From: a virus
Taxonomy: Duplodnaviria; Caudoviricetes
DNA: 43,735 nucleotides
Virus record (IMG/VR): IMGVR_UViG_3300017778_002624
Location: 1-43,735 of that record
Direction: 5' to 3' (one strand)
The position numbers and the translations under genes are program-made. This document shows positions 26,982 through 38,900 of the stretch, piece after piece. The notes under the pieces were generated by a model. It ran no database searches, was not told where the DNA came from, and worked only from the letters and a program-made list of their open reading frames with translations. How positions within the stretch are numbered: position 1 is the stretch's first letter; each line of letters starts with the position of its first letter.

Positions 26982-29900
26982 ATGGCACAAGACCCCTCGT
27001 TCAGCGTCGTCGAGGCCGACCGGCGCGCCGAGGAGCAGTACCGGCGTGCCGCGCAGCCCGCCGCCTACAGCGCCCTCGCTCAGGCAGCGACCACCTCACC
27101 GGAGGCGGCGGCCCTGCGCCAACGAGCGGCCACGATCCTCGGCACCATCCCTGCCGCGATCCAAGACGACCCCGACGCCGTAACCCGCGCGAGGGTTCAG
27201 GATGACATGGGGCGGCTGCCCGCCTTCCCTGCGACCATGAACTGGCTGGCCGACCCGGACAACGCCGCCGTCGCTCACGATCAGGTCGAGAGCCTCACCA
27301 CTCTCGAGGCCCTCCTCGCCCGCCCGGCTCCGACGTCGACCAACCCGTTCGACCGCCTGAACCAAGACGCCGCCTCCTTCTTGGGCCGCCCCGGCGTCGC
27401 CCGCCCCACGCCGGTCTTCCGCACCCGCGCGCCGCGCGTCGGCCTCGGGACGCGGATAGCTCGCTACGGCCTCAACCCGACGGCCAACGTGGGGGAGCTG
27501 TTCGCTGCGGCTGGTGATCTGGGCCGGGACGTCATGGCGGGCCTCGGCCAGCCTCTGGCGAGCACCGTCGAGGGCGTCGGCGTCGAGGCCCAACTGACGG
27601 GCGGCGCGCCACGGCTGATGCCCACGCTGATGAGCCTTGCCCGTCCGGGCGGCCTGAACAACCCGATGGCGCAGATCGACATTGGCCGGTACTTGGCCGA
27701 CGAGGTGCTCATCGCCCTTGGGCTGGGAGACAGCGTCGAGGAGACGCGCGCGCGCGTGCGAGAGACCGGCGTCGGCATCGAGGCCGCCGGTAAGTCGATG
27801 GGGATCGGCGCGCGGAACTGGCGCGGCACGCTGACCGACGACGACATCCAGCAGATCATCGCCTCGGGCAACTCCGACCGCATCCTGCCCGACCGCCAGA
27901 CCGAGACCGGGCTGGTAGGGGATGTGGCGCAGGGTGTCGGACAGGTCGGGGGAACCATCCTGATCTCGACCGCGACGCGCGGCACCCTGACGATGCCCTC
28001 CCTCTACGCGCAGGGCGTCGCGCAAATGAACACCCGTGTCGAGGCCGACATGGCGCAGGACGGGCGCACCGAGTATTCGGAGCGGGACCGTCAGGCGCTG
28101 CGAGCTGGCGGTGCGGTGACCGCGATCTCCGAGCGACTGGGTCTGGACGCCATCCTCGGCAAGCTGCCGAAGCCGATCCAAGACCGGATCAAGGGCCGCC
28201 TCTCCGACATTCTGGTTGCAGGCTTCGGTGAGGGCGCGTCAGAGGTCGCCGAGGGCGTCGGCCAGAACGCGGCGGCCATGACCCTGCTGGACGAGGACAC
28301 CGGCCTTTTCGAGGGCACGGTCGAGGGCGGCACGGTCGGCGCGCTCGTCGGCTCGATTGCCCGGATGCTCGTCCTGACGGCAACGCCCGGTCGCCAGTAC
28401 ACCGAGGATCAGGCCCGCGCCGAGGCCGCCGAACCGGCGGCGGTGCGCCTCGACAACCTTGTGGACATGGTTGCGCGCAACACCCTGCTGAACCGCACGC
28501 CGGAGCGGCTGCGGAACTTCCTGACGGGGGTGTCGGGCGACGACAACATCTACCTGCCCGCAGAGGCCGCCATCACCTTCTTCCAGTCCTCGCCAGAGGC
28601 TGAGGCGCTCCTCGACGAGCTGGACATCCGCGACCAGTACGAGGCCGCCCAGATCGGCGACACGCCCATCGCGATCCCGAAGGCCGCCTACCTGATGGCC
28701 GCCGCCAAGAACCCCGACCTGCACCCCACCATGCGCGGCGTGCTTCAGGACGGCCTCGGCGCTGCCTCCATCGCTGAGGCCGAGGAGTTCAAGAGGAACG
28801 GCGCGGCCAAGCTGGCCGAGGAAATGGACGCCGCCATCGCCAAGGCCGAGCAGGAGGACGCCGCCGACAACCCGGTGCGGGCCGTCGAGGCCGAGGTCTT
28901 CAGCCAGCTTCGCGCGAGCGGCTACACCGTCGACGCGGCGCGCCTTCTGGCCGCCTACACCGCCAACCTGTCTAGGGTCGAGGCGGCCAACAACCCCGAC
29001 CTATACCCCGACGCGATGGCCGCCTACCGCGACGCAGGCCTCTCGATCCGCGCCGCCTTCCCTGCAAGCCTGCGCCAGCCTGAGCGGGCCGCCGCCGTGG
29101 TCGATGCGTTCGTCCGTGGCCGGGCGAAGCCTGCCTCCTCGCTGGCCGAGTTCGTCAGCCAAGACGGCGGGATGTTCGACACCGGCGGCCAGCTCGCAGC
29201 GATGGGCGCTGACCGCTGGCACCGGGGCAAGGTGGGCAAGGGCAGGCTGGTCGTACCGGATACGTTCAGCGCGACCGGCCCGATGCCTGCCGATCTCGCC
29301 GACCGCCAGCCGGAGCAGGTGCTCGCCCGCGCTGTGGCCGCTGGCTACCTGCCGGAAGGCTCGACCGTCGACGACCTGATGGCTGCCCTGAAGGCCGACA
29401 TCAAGGGCAAGAAGGGCAAGGCTGCCGCTCCGGCGTTCGACCCCGCCGCCCCTGAGAACGCGCAGGCCCTCGGCGATCTGGAGGGGCTGCTGGCCGATCT
29501 GGACATCGACCCGAACACCGCCACGCCCGAGGAGATCAGGGCGGCGCTCGACCGGGTGGCGGCTGCGCCGGACGTGTCGCCCGCGCAGGTCTTCGAGCAG
29601 AGCAAGGCGGCCACCCGCGCTCTGGCGCAGGACTACAAGGCGATGGTCGGCAACACCGAGCCGGAGTTCGTCGGGACGGTGCAGCCGGTACTGGAGGACA
29701 TGATCCAGATCGCCGACGCGCTGGAGGTGGCTGAGCACGCGCCGAACGACCCGGCGGTGGTCAAGTCCTACAGGGTGCTGATCGACCAGACCATCGAGCA
29801 GTTCCTCCTGCTTGGCGACCTGAAGATCGAGGCGTGGCGCGGCGAGGGGCAGCCCTACGCCGACAGCAAGGCCATGCTCGCCGACATCCGTAACAACGGC

Positions 29901-32900
29901 CACTTCTGGTTCTTCCTGACGGAGAACGGCTTCGGCGACGAGGCTGGCGTCGACACCAGCGCCGGTCACCCGATGATGGAGAAGACCGCCCTCCGGCTGG
30001 ACGACGGCACCGAGCTGATCGCCAACGACGTCTTCCGTGTCGTCCACGACATCTTCGGCCACGGCCAGCAGGGCTTCGGCTTCGGCCCCGTCGGCGAGCT
30101 GAACGCCTACCTCGAGCACGCCGCGATGTACTCGCCGGAGGCCCGGCCTGCGCTCGCCGCCGAGACGGCCATGCAGAACGCATGGGTCAACTTCGGCCCG
30201 CACCTGCGGCGCGAGGACGGCACCCTGCCGGTGCGCGGCGAGCCGGACTACATCCCGCTGGCCGACCGCCGCTTCGCCGATCAGAAGGCGTTCGTCGCCA
30301 CGCCGGAGGTGCTGGAGCTGCTCCACAAGGGCGCGAAGGCGAAGGCTGCCTCGGAGGCGAGCGCCGACGCCAAGCCGGTCCAGAAGGCGCTCGATGCCAT
30401 CAAGGCCCTCGGCGAGGCCAACCCGCTGAACGAGCGCGAGACGGTGGTAGAGGGCGGCGGCCTCACGGTGCGGGCGCAGGGCGACAAGCTGTTCGTCAGC
30501 GGCCTGCGCGCCATCGAGAAGGGTGGGGGCCGCCGCGCGATGCAGGCCCTGATCCGCGTCGCCGACGAGAACGGTGTCGTCATCGAGCTGTGGCCGGTGC
30601 CGGGCGATGCGCCTGCCGGGAAGACGATGACGCAGGAGGCCCTGCGGTCGTGGTACGAGGGCCTCGGCTTCACGGCGTCCGGCTCCAACTACATGAGCCG
30701 ACGCCCGACCGTGAAGATGAAGCTCGGCGGCGGGATGAGGACGGTTACCCTCAATCAGTCCGACGCCGCCCCGACCGAAGCCGCCATAGAGGCTCGCGCC
30801 AAGGAAATCTCTGCCGAGAGCATGAAGCTGCCCGGCAACAACTACATCGGTCTGGGGCAGGCCGCAGTGATGGCTCGCGCGGAGCTGGAGGGGGCACCGC
30901 CGCCGGTTGCTATGACCCGCCCGCCGGTCAACCCGGACGGCACCATTACCCTGACGCACTACAGCGTTGAGGCCGACCTGACCGAGACCGACCCCACCAA
31001 GTGGGGCCGGAGCGGGAACTTCCTGCCGCGCTCAGAGCGCAACATGATCTCGTCGCACCTGCCGCGCACCTACTTCGGGATCGGCGTCGGCCAGCCGGGC
31101 GGCTACCGCCCTGAGTTCGCGGACCGCACGGTCTACACCACCGACATCGATGCCAGCCGCCTGTACGACGCCGCTGCCGACCCTGACGGCTTCCGCGATA
31201 ACCTCGACGGCGTGGCGCAGGGCGACCGCATCAACGCCATCGAGCGCCAGATCGCCGAGAAGTACGACGGCTACTGGCTGAAGAACGAGCTGGGCATGAC
31301 AGCCACGCTGTTCAAGCCGGTGGCGGTGGTGAGGGAGGGGGCCGGTCGCGGCGGCCCGCCCAGCAAGATCGAGTGGACCGAGGTTAATGAGTGGGAGAAG
31401 GGCGCGCCGCCCGAAGTCGAAAGCCTGATCGCGGGCTTCATCGGAGGCTCTGCCGACGCCGTCGCGAACGGCCTAGAGTTCGGGGTGATGGACAACAGGC
31501 CGCTCGATGCGGTGGTGACTGAGGGCGCGACCGGCGAGGCGCTGGACCTGCGGAAGAAGATGGACGCCGCCTTCGCGCCTATGCGGGCGATGCTCCGCGC
31601 CAAGTTTGGCGGGACCGTGCAGGCCTACCGTGTTCAATCAGACCTTGAGCCGGAGAGCGCAAACAACATCAAGCACAGCGGCCCTGATGCCGAGCGTCGG
31701 GCCTTCTCGTTCACCACCAGCCGGGAGTTCGCTGAAGACCTCGCGGGCAAGTTCAAGGTCGGCAAGCAGTTCAGCGAGGAGACTATCGCTGAGGCCGAGC
31801 GCGTCTTTGCTGAGACGGGCCGCTATGACGTCCGCGACAACCTGTGGCTGGAGCTGGAGACCTTCAGCGGCACACGGTACGACAACGGCGAGCCGTTCAC
31901 TGCTCAGAGCATCAATGTCATGCGCGGCGACGGCTTCCAGTACGACGTGGACAGCGTGCGCGCCTACTTCGAGCGGGTGAACGAGGACATCGCCGAACGG
32001 CAGGCGCTGCTGGCCGAGAGGCTCTCGAAGATCGTCACCGTCGATGTCCCGATCAACAGGGTCGTCTGGATGTCCGACCGCTTCAATCAGCAGGAGCTGA
32101 TCGTCGCCATGACGCCGGAGGAGGCGGCGGTGATGGCGCGGCGCGAAAGGATCGCGTTCGCCGAGCGCGACCGCGTCTTCTACCAGTCCGCCACCCCCGA
32201 CGAGCACCCCGACCGGATCAGCACTCGGCTGCCGACGACCAAGGGCGCGAAGGAGGACGCGGTCGCCAACAAGCTCACGGTCTCGACCGAGGCGATGGGC
32301 AAGAAACCGTCGGTGCTGGAGCACAACGCCAAGCTGGTCTCCAGCTACCCCGGCGTCCGCATCAAGGCTCGCTCGGCGCAGGGCCGCGCCCGCGCCTTCA
32401 TCGACCACGTCAAGGCCAACCTGCTGGCGCTGTTCGACCGTGTGCCCGCCGAGACCCGCGAACGGTCCAAGCAGTGGTACGACGGTGCCCGCGCCCTGAC
32501 CACCGTCTGGGCTGGCCGCTACGGCCTGCCAGATCGGTCGGTCGCAGCTGTGCTCGCCGCCCTCTCGCCGCAGAAGGACTGGTACCAGAACGTCTCGCTG
32601 GCCGAGCGTGTGCTGGATGTCTGGTCGAAGCGGCAGGACTACGTCTACGACGAGGCGATGGAGGCGAAGGGCGCGGAGCTGTTCGCCAAATACCCCGACC
32701 TGTTGGCCAAGCTGCGCGGGAAGTCTCTGGCCCAGCTGGAGCACCTGACGGAGAAGGCGGCGTTCGTCCGCATCTACGACCAAGCCCACAACCCTCGCGG
32801 CTTCCGCATTGCCAGCCCCGAGGGGCAGTTCCTCGGTGAGCCGGGCGGCAACGTGGCGTGGGGGTCTCTGGTCGAGATCGCCAAGGCAGTCTCCGTTCTG

Positions 32901-35900
32901 GAGGGGCAGAGCTTCGAGAACGTCTCGTTCGCGCTGGGCGACCGGCACAAGGTCCGTAACTTCTACAACAACATCATCTCTCCCCGGTCAGCCGAGGGCG
33001 ACGTGACCATCGACACCCACGCGGTGGCCGCTGGCCTGCTCCGCGCGCTGTCCGGCTCGGACGCCGAGGTCTTCCACAACTTCGGCTCCAGCCCGATGGC
33101 GGCCAAGCAGCCGGACGGCTGGGTGCCCGCCAAGAACGCCAACGAGTTCGGGGTGTCCGGCACCTACGGCTTCTATGCTGACGCCTACCGAGAGGCGGCG
33201 GCAGAGCGCGGCGTGTCGGCGCGGGAAATGCAGTCGATCACATGGGAGGCTGTGCGCGGCCTGTTCGGTGCGAAGTTCAAATCCAACAAGAAAAATGTCA
33301 AGGCGATCAATGACCTGTGGCTTGCCCACGGCAAGGGTGACGCCACCCTAGAGGAGACAATCAATGCGGTCATCGAATACGCAGGCGGCATCGCCCAGCC
33401 AAGCTGGGACGGACCCGGTGCTGGACTGGCTGTCGCAGAACGGCAGGCCAGCTACGATGGAGAACTATCTCGGGCTGGCCTACCCGGACGCGACGCCGGA
33501 CGCGGAGCAGATGGCCAGCCTGCCGGAGACGTTGATCCGGTAGCGCGGGTCTTCTACCAGTCCGAACCCGCCCGGCCAGCCCCCCCGTTCTTCAGCGCGC
33601 TGACCCGCGCCGTCGAGAACGAAGGCCCCGAGCAGGCGACCCCCGCAGAGTGGAAGCGGTGGCTGATCGAGCCGGAGAGCGTCAAGCGGGGCGTGGTGCG
33701 CGACAAGGCCACCAACAAGCCGATGGTGGACGCTGACGGCAACCCCGTGATCTCGGAGACGGTGATCCCGGCCAAGCCCCGCGCTGGCGTGAAGATGGAC
33801 GAAATCTTCTGGACCGGCACGGGGACGTGGCTCGACGCGCTGGCCGATCCCGACGAGCTGTCCCAGACCTTCGCCCGCGAGGCGGGCCAGATCGACGCCG
33901 ACGGCAACATCACCCGCCAGACGTTCCTCGACTTCCTGAAGGCCGGTGGCCTGCGGATGGACGAGGTGGTGCTGGGCGCTTTCGATCAGGCCACCGTGGA
34001 TGCGCGGGTTGAGGAAATACTCGACGAGAAAGTCGACGAGGCCGTGGCTGATTGGGACGGCGGCAGCGTCTACATCGGTAGGGTTTCGGACGACGAGGAC
34101 GGCCCAACCACCGGGTGGGGCCTGTTTGCTGATGGTCGCCTGATTAGCGAAGACTTCTACGACAGCGAGGAGGCGGCACAAGAGGCTGCGGACGAGGCCA
34201 ATCAGGAGGAGGAGGCCGACGCCATCCGGCGCGTCCGCAACGACTGGCGTGGGCTGGCTATAGATCAAGCCGAGCGCGAGGGTGTCGGCGGCGAGCAGAC
34301 CAAGTTCGCCGACTGGGCCACCAGCGGTGCCGTCGGCACCTACCGCGAGGTGCTGTTCCGCCTGCCCGGCATCGACGGCCCAGAAACCCACTGGGACCAG
34401 AGCAACGTCGTCGCCCACGTCAGGCTGACGATCCGCCTCGACGCCGAGGGCAACCGCGTCCTGTTCATCGAGGAGGTCCAGTCTGACTGGCACCAGAAGG
34501 GGCGGGATCAGGGGTATCAGGCACCCTTTGATCCAGTGGAGCAGGCCGCCGCCAAGGCGGCGGCGTCTGAGACGAACAGGCTCCTTCTGGCCGCGCGCCG
34601 CCCGTTTGTCGCGGCGACGCAGGCCTCGCTGGCGCAGAGCATTGCTGAGACCGAGGACGCCATCCGTCAGGCCGAGGAGGCCGGGATGTCGCAGAGCTTG
34701 CGCGACAACCTGCGCGACGGCGTCAACATCCTGAAGAGTGCAGCGGCCAATCTCGCGAGCAGTGTCGATCTCAATGCCGAGCTGGGCATCACCGGGGGGG
34801 CGGACAGCACACTGATCGCCGAAAACCTTTACCGGCGTTCGCAGCGTGGCGACCTGATGATGCGCCGCGACGACGCGCTGAAGGCGTCCTACGACGCAAT
34901 GCTGGCGGCGGGCCTCGCCCACAACGAGGCCTCGCAGCGCCTCCAAAACGCCCGCAATCCCAAGGGCATCCCCGACGCCCCCTTCCGCACCTCATGGCCC
35001 GCGCTCGTCATGAAGCGGATGATCCGCTGGGCGGTCGACCACGGCTACGAGCGGGTGGCGTGGACGACGGGGGACCAGCAGGCGGATCGGTACAATCTGT
35101 CGAGCGCGGTGGGCTGGATCGAGACGATCAAGACCGGCGATGGCCGCGTCGCTTACAATGTCCAAAGCCCCGGCGCGCGCAGCGTGATCCGCGAGCACGG
35201 CGAGGCCATGAACGGCTGGGTCATCCTGACCCGCGAGAAGGCTATGGAGGTCTTCGGGCAAGACCTCGGCGGGCGCACCTATGACGGCGCACGCGACCAG
35301 AACCCCGTCCGCTTCGACGGCGACGACCTGAAGATCGGCGGCGAGGGGATGCGCGGCTTCTACGACCGCAACCTCGTCAACATCACGAACGACATCGTGA
35401 AGCGGTATGGGGTGAAGGTCGGCATGATCGACATGGTTCACCCGACCCTGAAGAAGTATCGAGAGCTTCAAGGCAGGATCGACGAGACCAACGCCCAGAT
35501 GAAGGCCATCGCCGCCAGCCAGAAAGGCAAGATGGACGCGGTCGCCGACCTCCCCTTCGAAGAGCAGGACGACATCCTGAAGGCGGACCCTGAGTTCGTG
35601 GCCGCTCAGACAGAGCACACGACGCTCCGCATCCGGCTTGACGACCTCCAGCGCCAGCAGCGCCAGACCCTGCCTGAGACCGGCGCGTCCTCCTTCGGCG
35701 ACCAGCCCGGCTTCACCATCACGCCCGCCCTGCGCGACGCGGCCATGTCCGGCTTCGCCCTGTTCCAGAAGGTCGCCGACGAGCCGCGCGCCCAGATCGC
35801 CTTCAGCCAGTCAGGCGCGTTCATCACCCTGTTCCAGAAGCGCGACATGACCTCGCTGTTCCACGAGCTGGGGCACCTCTCGCTGGAACGGCTGGTGAAG

Positions 35901-38900
35901 AACGCGACCGGGCCGAACGCCAGCGAGAAGTCCAAGCGCGATCTCCAGATCGTCCTCGACTACCTGAACGTCCGCGACCCTGCCGACATCGGCGTGGATC
36001 AGCACGAGCTGTGGGCGCAGACCCAAGAGCGATACCTGATGGAGGGCAAGGCCCCGTCGCTGGAGCTGCGCTCCGCTTTCAGGACGATCAAGGGCTGGTT
36101 CATGTCGGTCTACAAGAGCCTGACCCACCCGCAGGTGAACGTGCCGATCACCGACGAGGTGCGCGGCGTCTTCGACCGGATGATGGCTACCGACGAGGAG
36201 ATCACGGCGGCCCGCAACCAGCTCAAGCTGGAGGCCGGGTACACCGACGCCGCTGAGGCCGGGATGAGCGAGCAGCAGTTCGCCGACTACCAGCGCCTTG
36301 TGGAGCGGGCGCGCACCGACAGCGAGGACGAGCTGCTCAAGAAGCTGACTGCCGCCATCCGTCGCGAGCGGACGGCTGAGTGGAAAGCTGAGGCCGCCGA
36401 GCTTCGCCCTGATGTGGCCGCCGAGGTCGACCAGCAGCCCGCCATCTCGGCCATGAACTACCTGCGGGACAACAAGGTCTCGCTGAACCGCGAGGACGTT
36501 GCCCGTCTGCTGGAGGACGACGCTGCCGTCGCCGCCCTGCCCAAGACGGTGCCGCCGCTCACATCCAAAAACGGGCTGCACCCGGACGTGATCGCCGAGG
36601 CCACCGGCTTCGGGTCTGGCGCGGAGCTGCTCGCCGGGCTGGCGGCACTGGAGGCCGAGCGTCAGGGGATGCTGGCCACCGGCGACAAGCGCAGCGTCCG
36701 GTCGAAGCGGATCGACGACGAGGTCACGGCCCGCCTGCGAGAGGTCCACGGCGACCCCTTCACTGACGGCTCGATTGAGGCCGAGGCGATGGCTGCCGTC
36801 CACAACGAGAGGCAGGCCGAGGTGCTTCACCTTGAGCTGTCGGTCGCCACCCGCCGTGTCGGCGGCGTGCCGCCCCCCATCAACGCGCTGCGGGAGTGGG
36901 CCGCTGAGAAGATCGGCAGCCGCCCGGTCAGCGAGGCGCGCTCGGGCAAGTACCTGCGCGCCGAGCGCAAGGCCGCCAACGCCGTGCAGAAGGCCGCCGC
37001 CAGCCGGGACTTCGCCGAGGTCGCCCGGCAGAAGCAGGCCCAGACCATGAACCACCTGCTCTATGGAGCGGCCCGCCGGGCCGAGGACTTCGTCGAGGCG
37101 GCGGTGAAGCGCATGAGGAAGCTGGACAAGGCCCGCACCATCAAGTCGATGGATCAGGCCTATCTGGAGCAAATCCACGGCCTGCTGGAGGCCTTCGATC
37201 TGCGCGAGGTCAGCGGTCGGCAGGTCAAGAGGCGGCAGTCTCTGGCCGAGTTTATCGCGGCTCAGGAGGCGCAGGGCAAGACCATCGTCCTGCCCGCCAA
37301 GCTGGCCGAAATGGCCGCCCGTCAACACTACTCGACCCTCACGGTCGACGAGCTGAAGGCGCTCGACGACACCGTCCGCGCGCTGGCCAAGCTGGGCCGC
37401 CTGAAGAAGCAGTTGACGGTGAAGGGCGAGCAGCGCGATCTCGACGCCATTGCCGATCAGGCCCAGAAGTCTGCCGACCACCTGCCCACTATCCACAAGG
37501 ACGTGGGCCTGCGACCGAAGGACCAGTGGTTCGCCAAGCTGGCCGACTTCGGCGTCGCCTTCGAGGCGTCGATGGTCAAGGCGCAGGAGTGGTTCCGGCT
37601 GCTCGACGGCGGTGACCCGGCGGGCATCTTCTCGACCGTGCTCGACCTCCCGGCCAACGCCGCCTTCGTCCGCATGGAGGAGCTGAACGCCAAGTTCTTC
37701 GAGGCCATCGTTGCCTCTGAGGCCCTGATCCCGAAGGCGGTCAAGGCGAAGTGGATGGACTTGGTCAGCGACCATCCGTTCATGAACCCCTCGACCGGCG
37801 AGCCGCTCGGCGGGGTGCAGCGCCGAGACCTCATCGCCATCGCGCTCCAGACCGGAAACCTGTCGAACTTCGAGATCATGGCGAAGGGCTGGGGCATCAT
37901 CCCGCGAGACGCCGAGATGGAGGCGATCACAGCCGCTCGCACCGCGCTGGTCGCGTGGCTGGACACCAAGCTGGACGCGACCGAGTGGGCGTATGTCCAG
38001 ACGTGGTGGGACGGCTTCGAGGGCAACAAGGCCGACTACTTCGCCACGGCCCGCGAGATCAACGGCTACGCACCGGAGGCGGTCGAGGCCGCCCCCCTGA
38101 CCACCAGCGCCGGTGAGCTGGCCGGAGGCTATGTGCCGGTCTCCTACGACGGTCGCTTCGACCGGCTCCAGCAGGAGCGGGACGCTGCCGACACTGCCGA
38201 TATGTTCGGCGGTCTGGGGCGCTCCAGCCCCCGTCCGGACAACGGCTCAACGAAGGAACGGACGGGCTACAGCGGCCCCCCGCTGCTGAACCTCGACGCC
38301 ATCGCCAACGGCGCGCGCAAGCACATCCGGTACATCGCCTACGCCAAGTACATCGACAACAGCCTGAAGTTCCTGCGCCACCCGGTCGTCGCGAAGACTG
38401 TGCGGGACAAGCTCGGCGAGCAGGCCCGGAAGGGAATGGAGGACTGGCTCGGCTCGCAGGTCAAGATGGACACGCCGCTGGACCCGAACGCCAACCCGTT
38501 CATCAAGGCCGCCCGCTGGTCGCGGACCAACATGACCTCTGCCCTGCTGCTCGGCAGCGTCAACGTGCTGCTGGCCCAGCCGTCAGGTCTGGCGGTCTCG
38601 GTCGCGACCCTCGGCCCGCGCCGTCTGGCCAGCGGGATGATGAAGGCCGCCAACCTGATGGCGACCGGCAGGTTCAACGAGTTCGTCTTCTCGCGGTCCA
38701 AGATCATGAAGGACCGCTTCGAGGGGGCCAGCTTCGAGCGCGACATCCGGCTGGCCCTGACCAACATGGTCGGGAGCAAAGACCTGCGGGACAGGATCAC
38801 CTACCTCTGCGCTCGAGCGATCTCGGCCATCGACGTCTTTGTCGTGTCGGGGCCGACATGGATCGCGGCCTACGACCGCGCTCTGGCTGATGGCCGGGAT

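Noticed and set aside
29496-29510. DLDID as a crAss-type virion RNA polymerase motif
   Set aside because: Sits in a helical linker with no double-psi-barrel context; no N4/T7 polymerase motifs recognised in the giant protein either
31560-31980. Other AT3-rich patches in the giant gene as further nested genes
   Set aside because: The host frame carries the catalytic-looking motifs and the alternative frames read as nonsense; more likely foreign codon usage
32127-32145. GGAGGAGG upstream of an in-frame ATG as an internal start in the giant gene
   Set aside because: Explained by Pro-Glu-Glu codons; no independent support
29001-37775. Long antisense ORFs (e.g. 29001-30959, 33480-34946, 35811-37775) and other long alternative-frame ORFs
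   Set aside because: Expected shadows of GC-rich coding sequence; no convincing RBS, family motifs or host-frame codon disturbance, unlike the nested ORF at 33364
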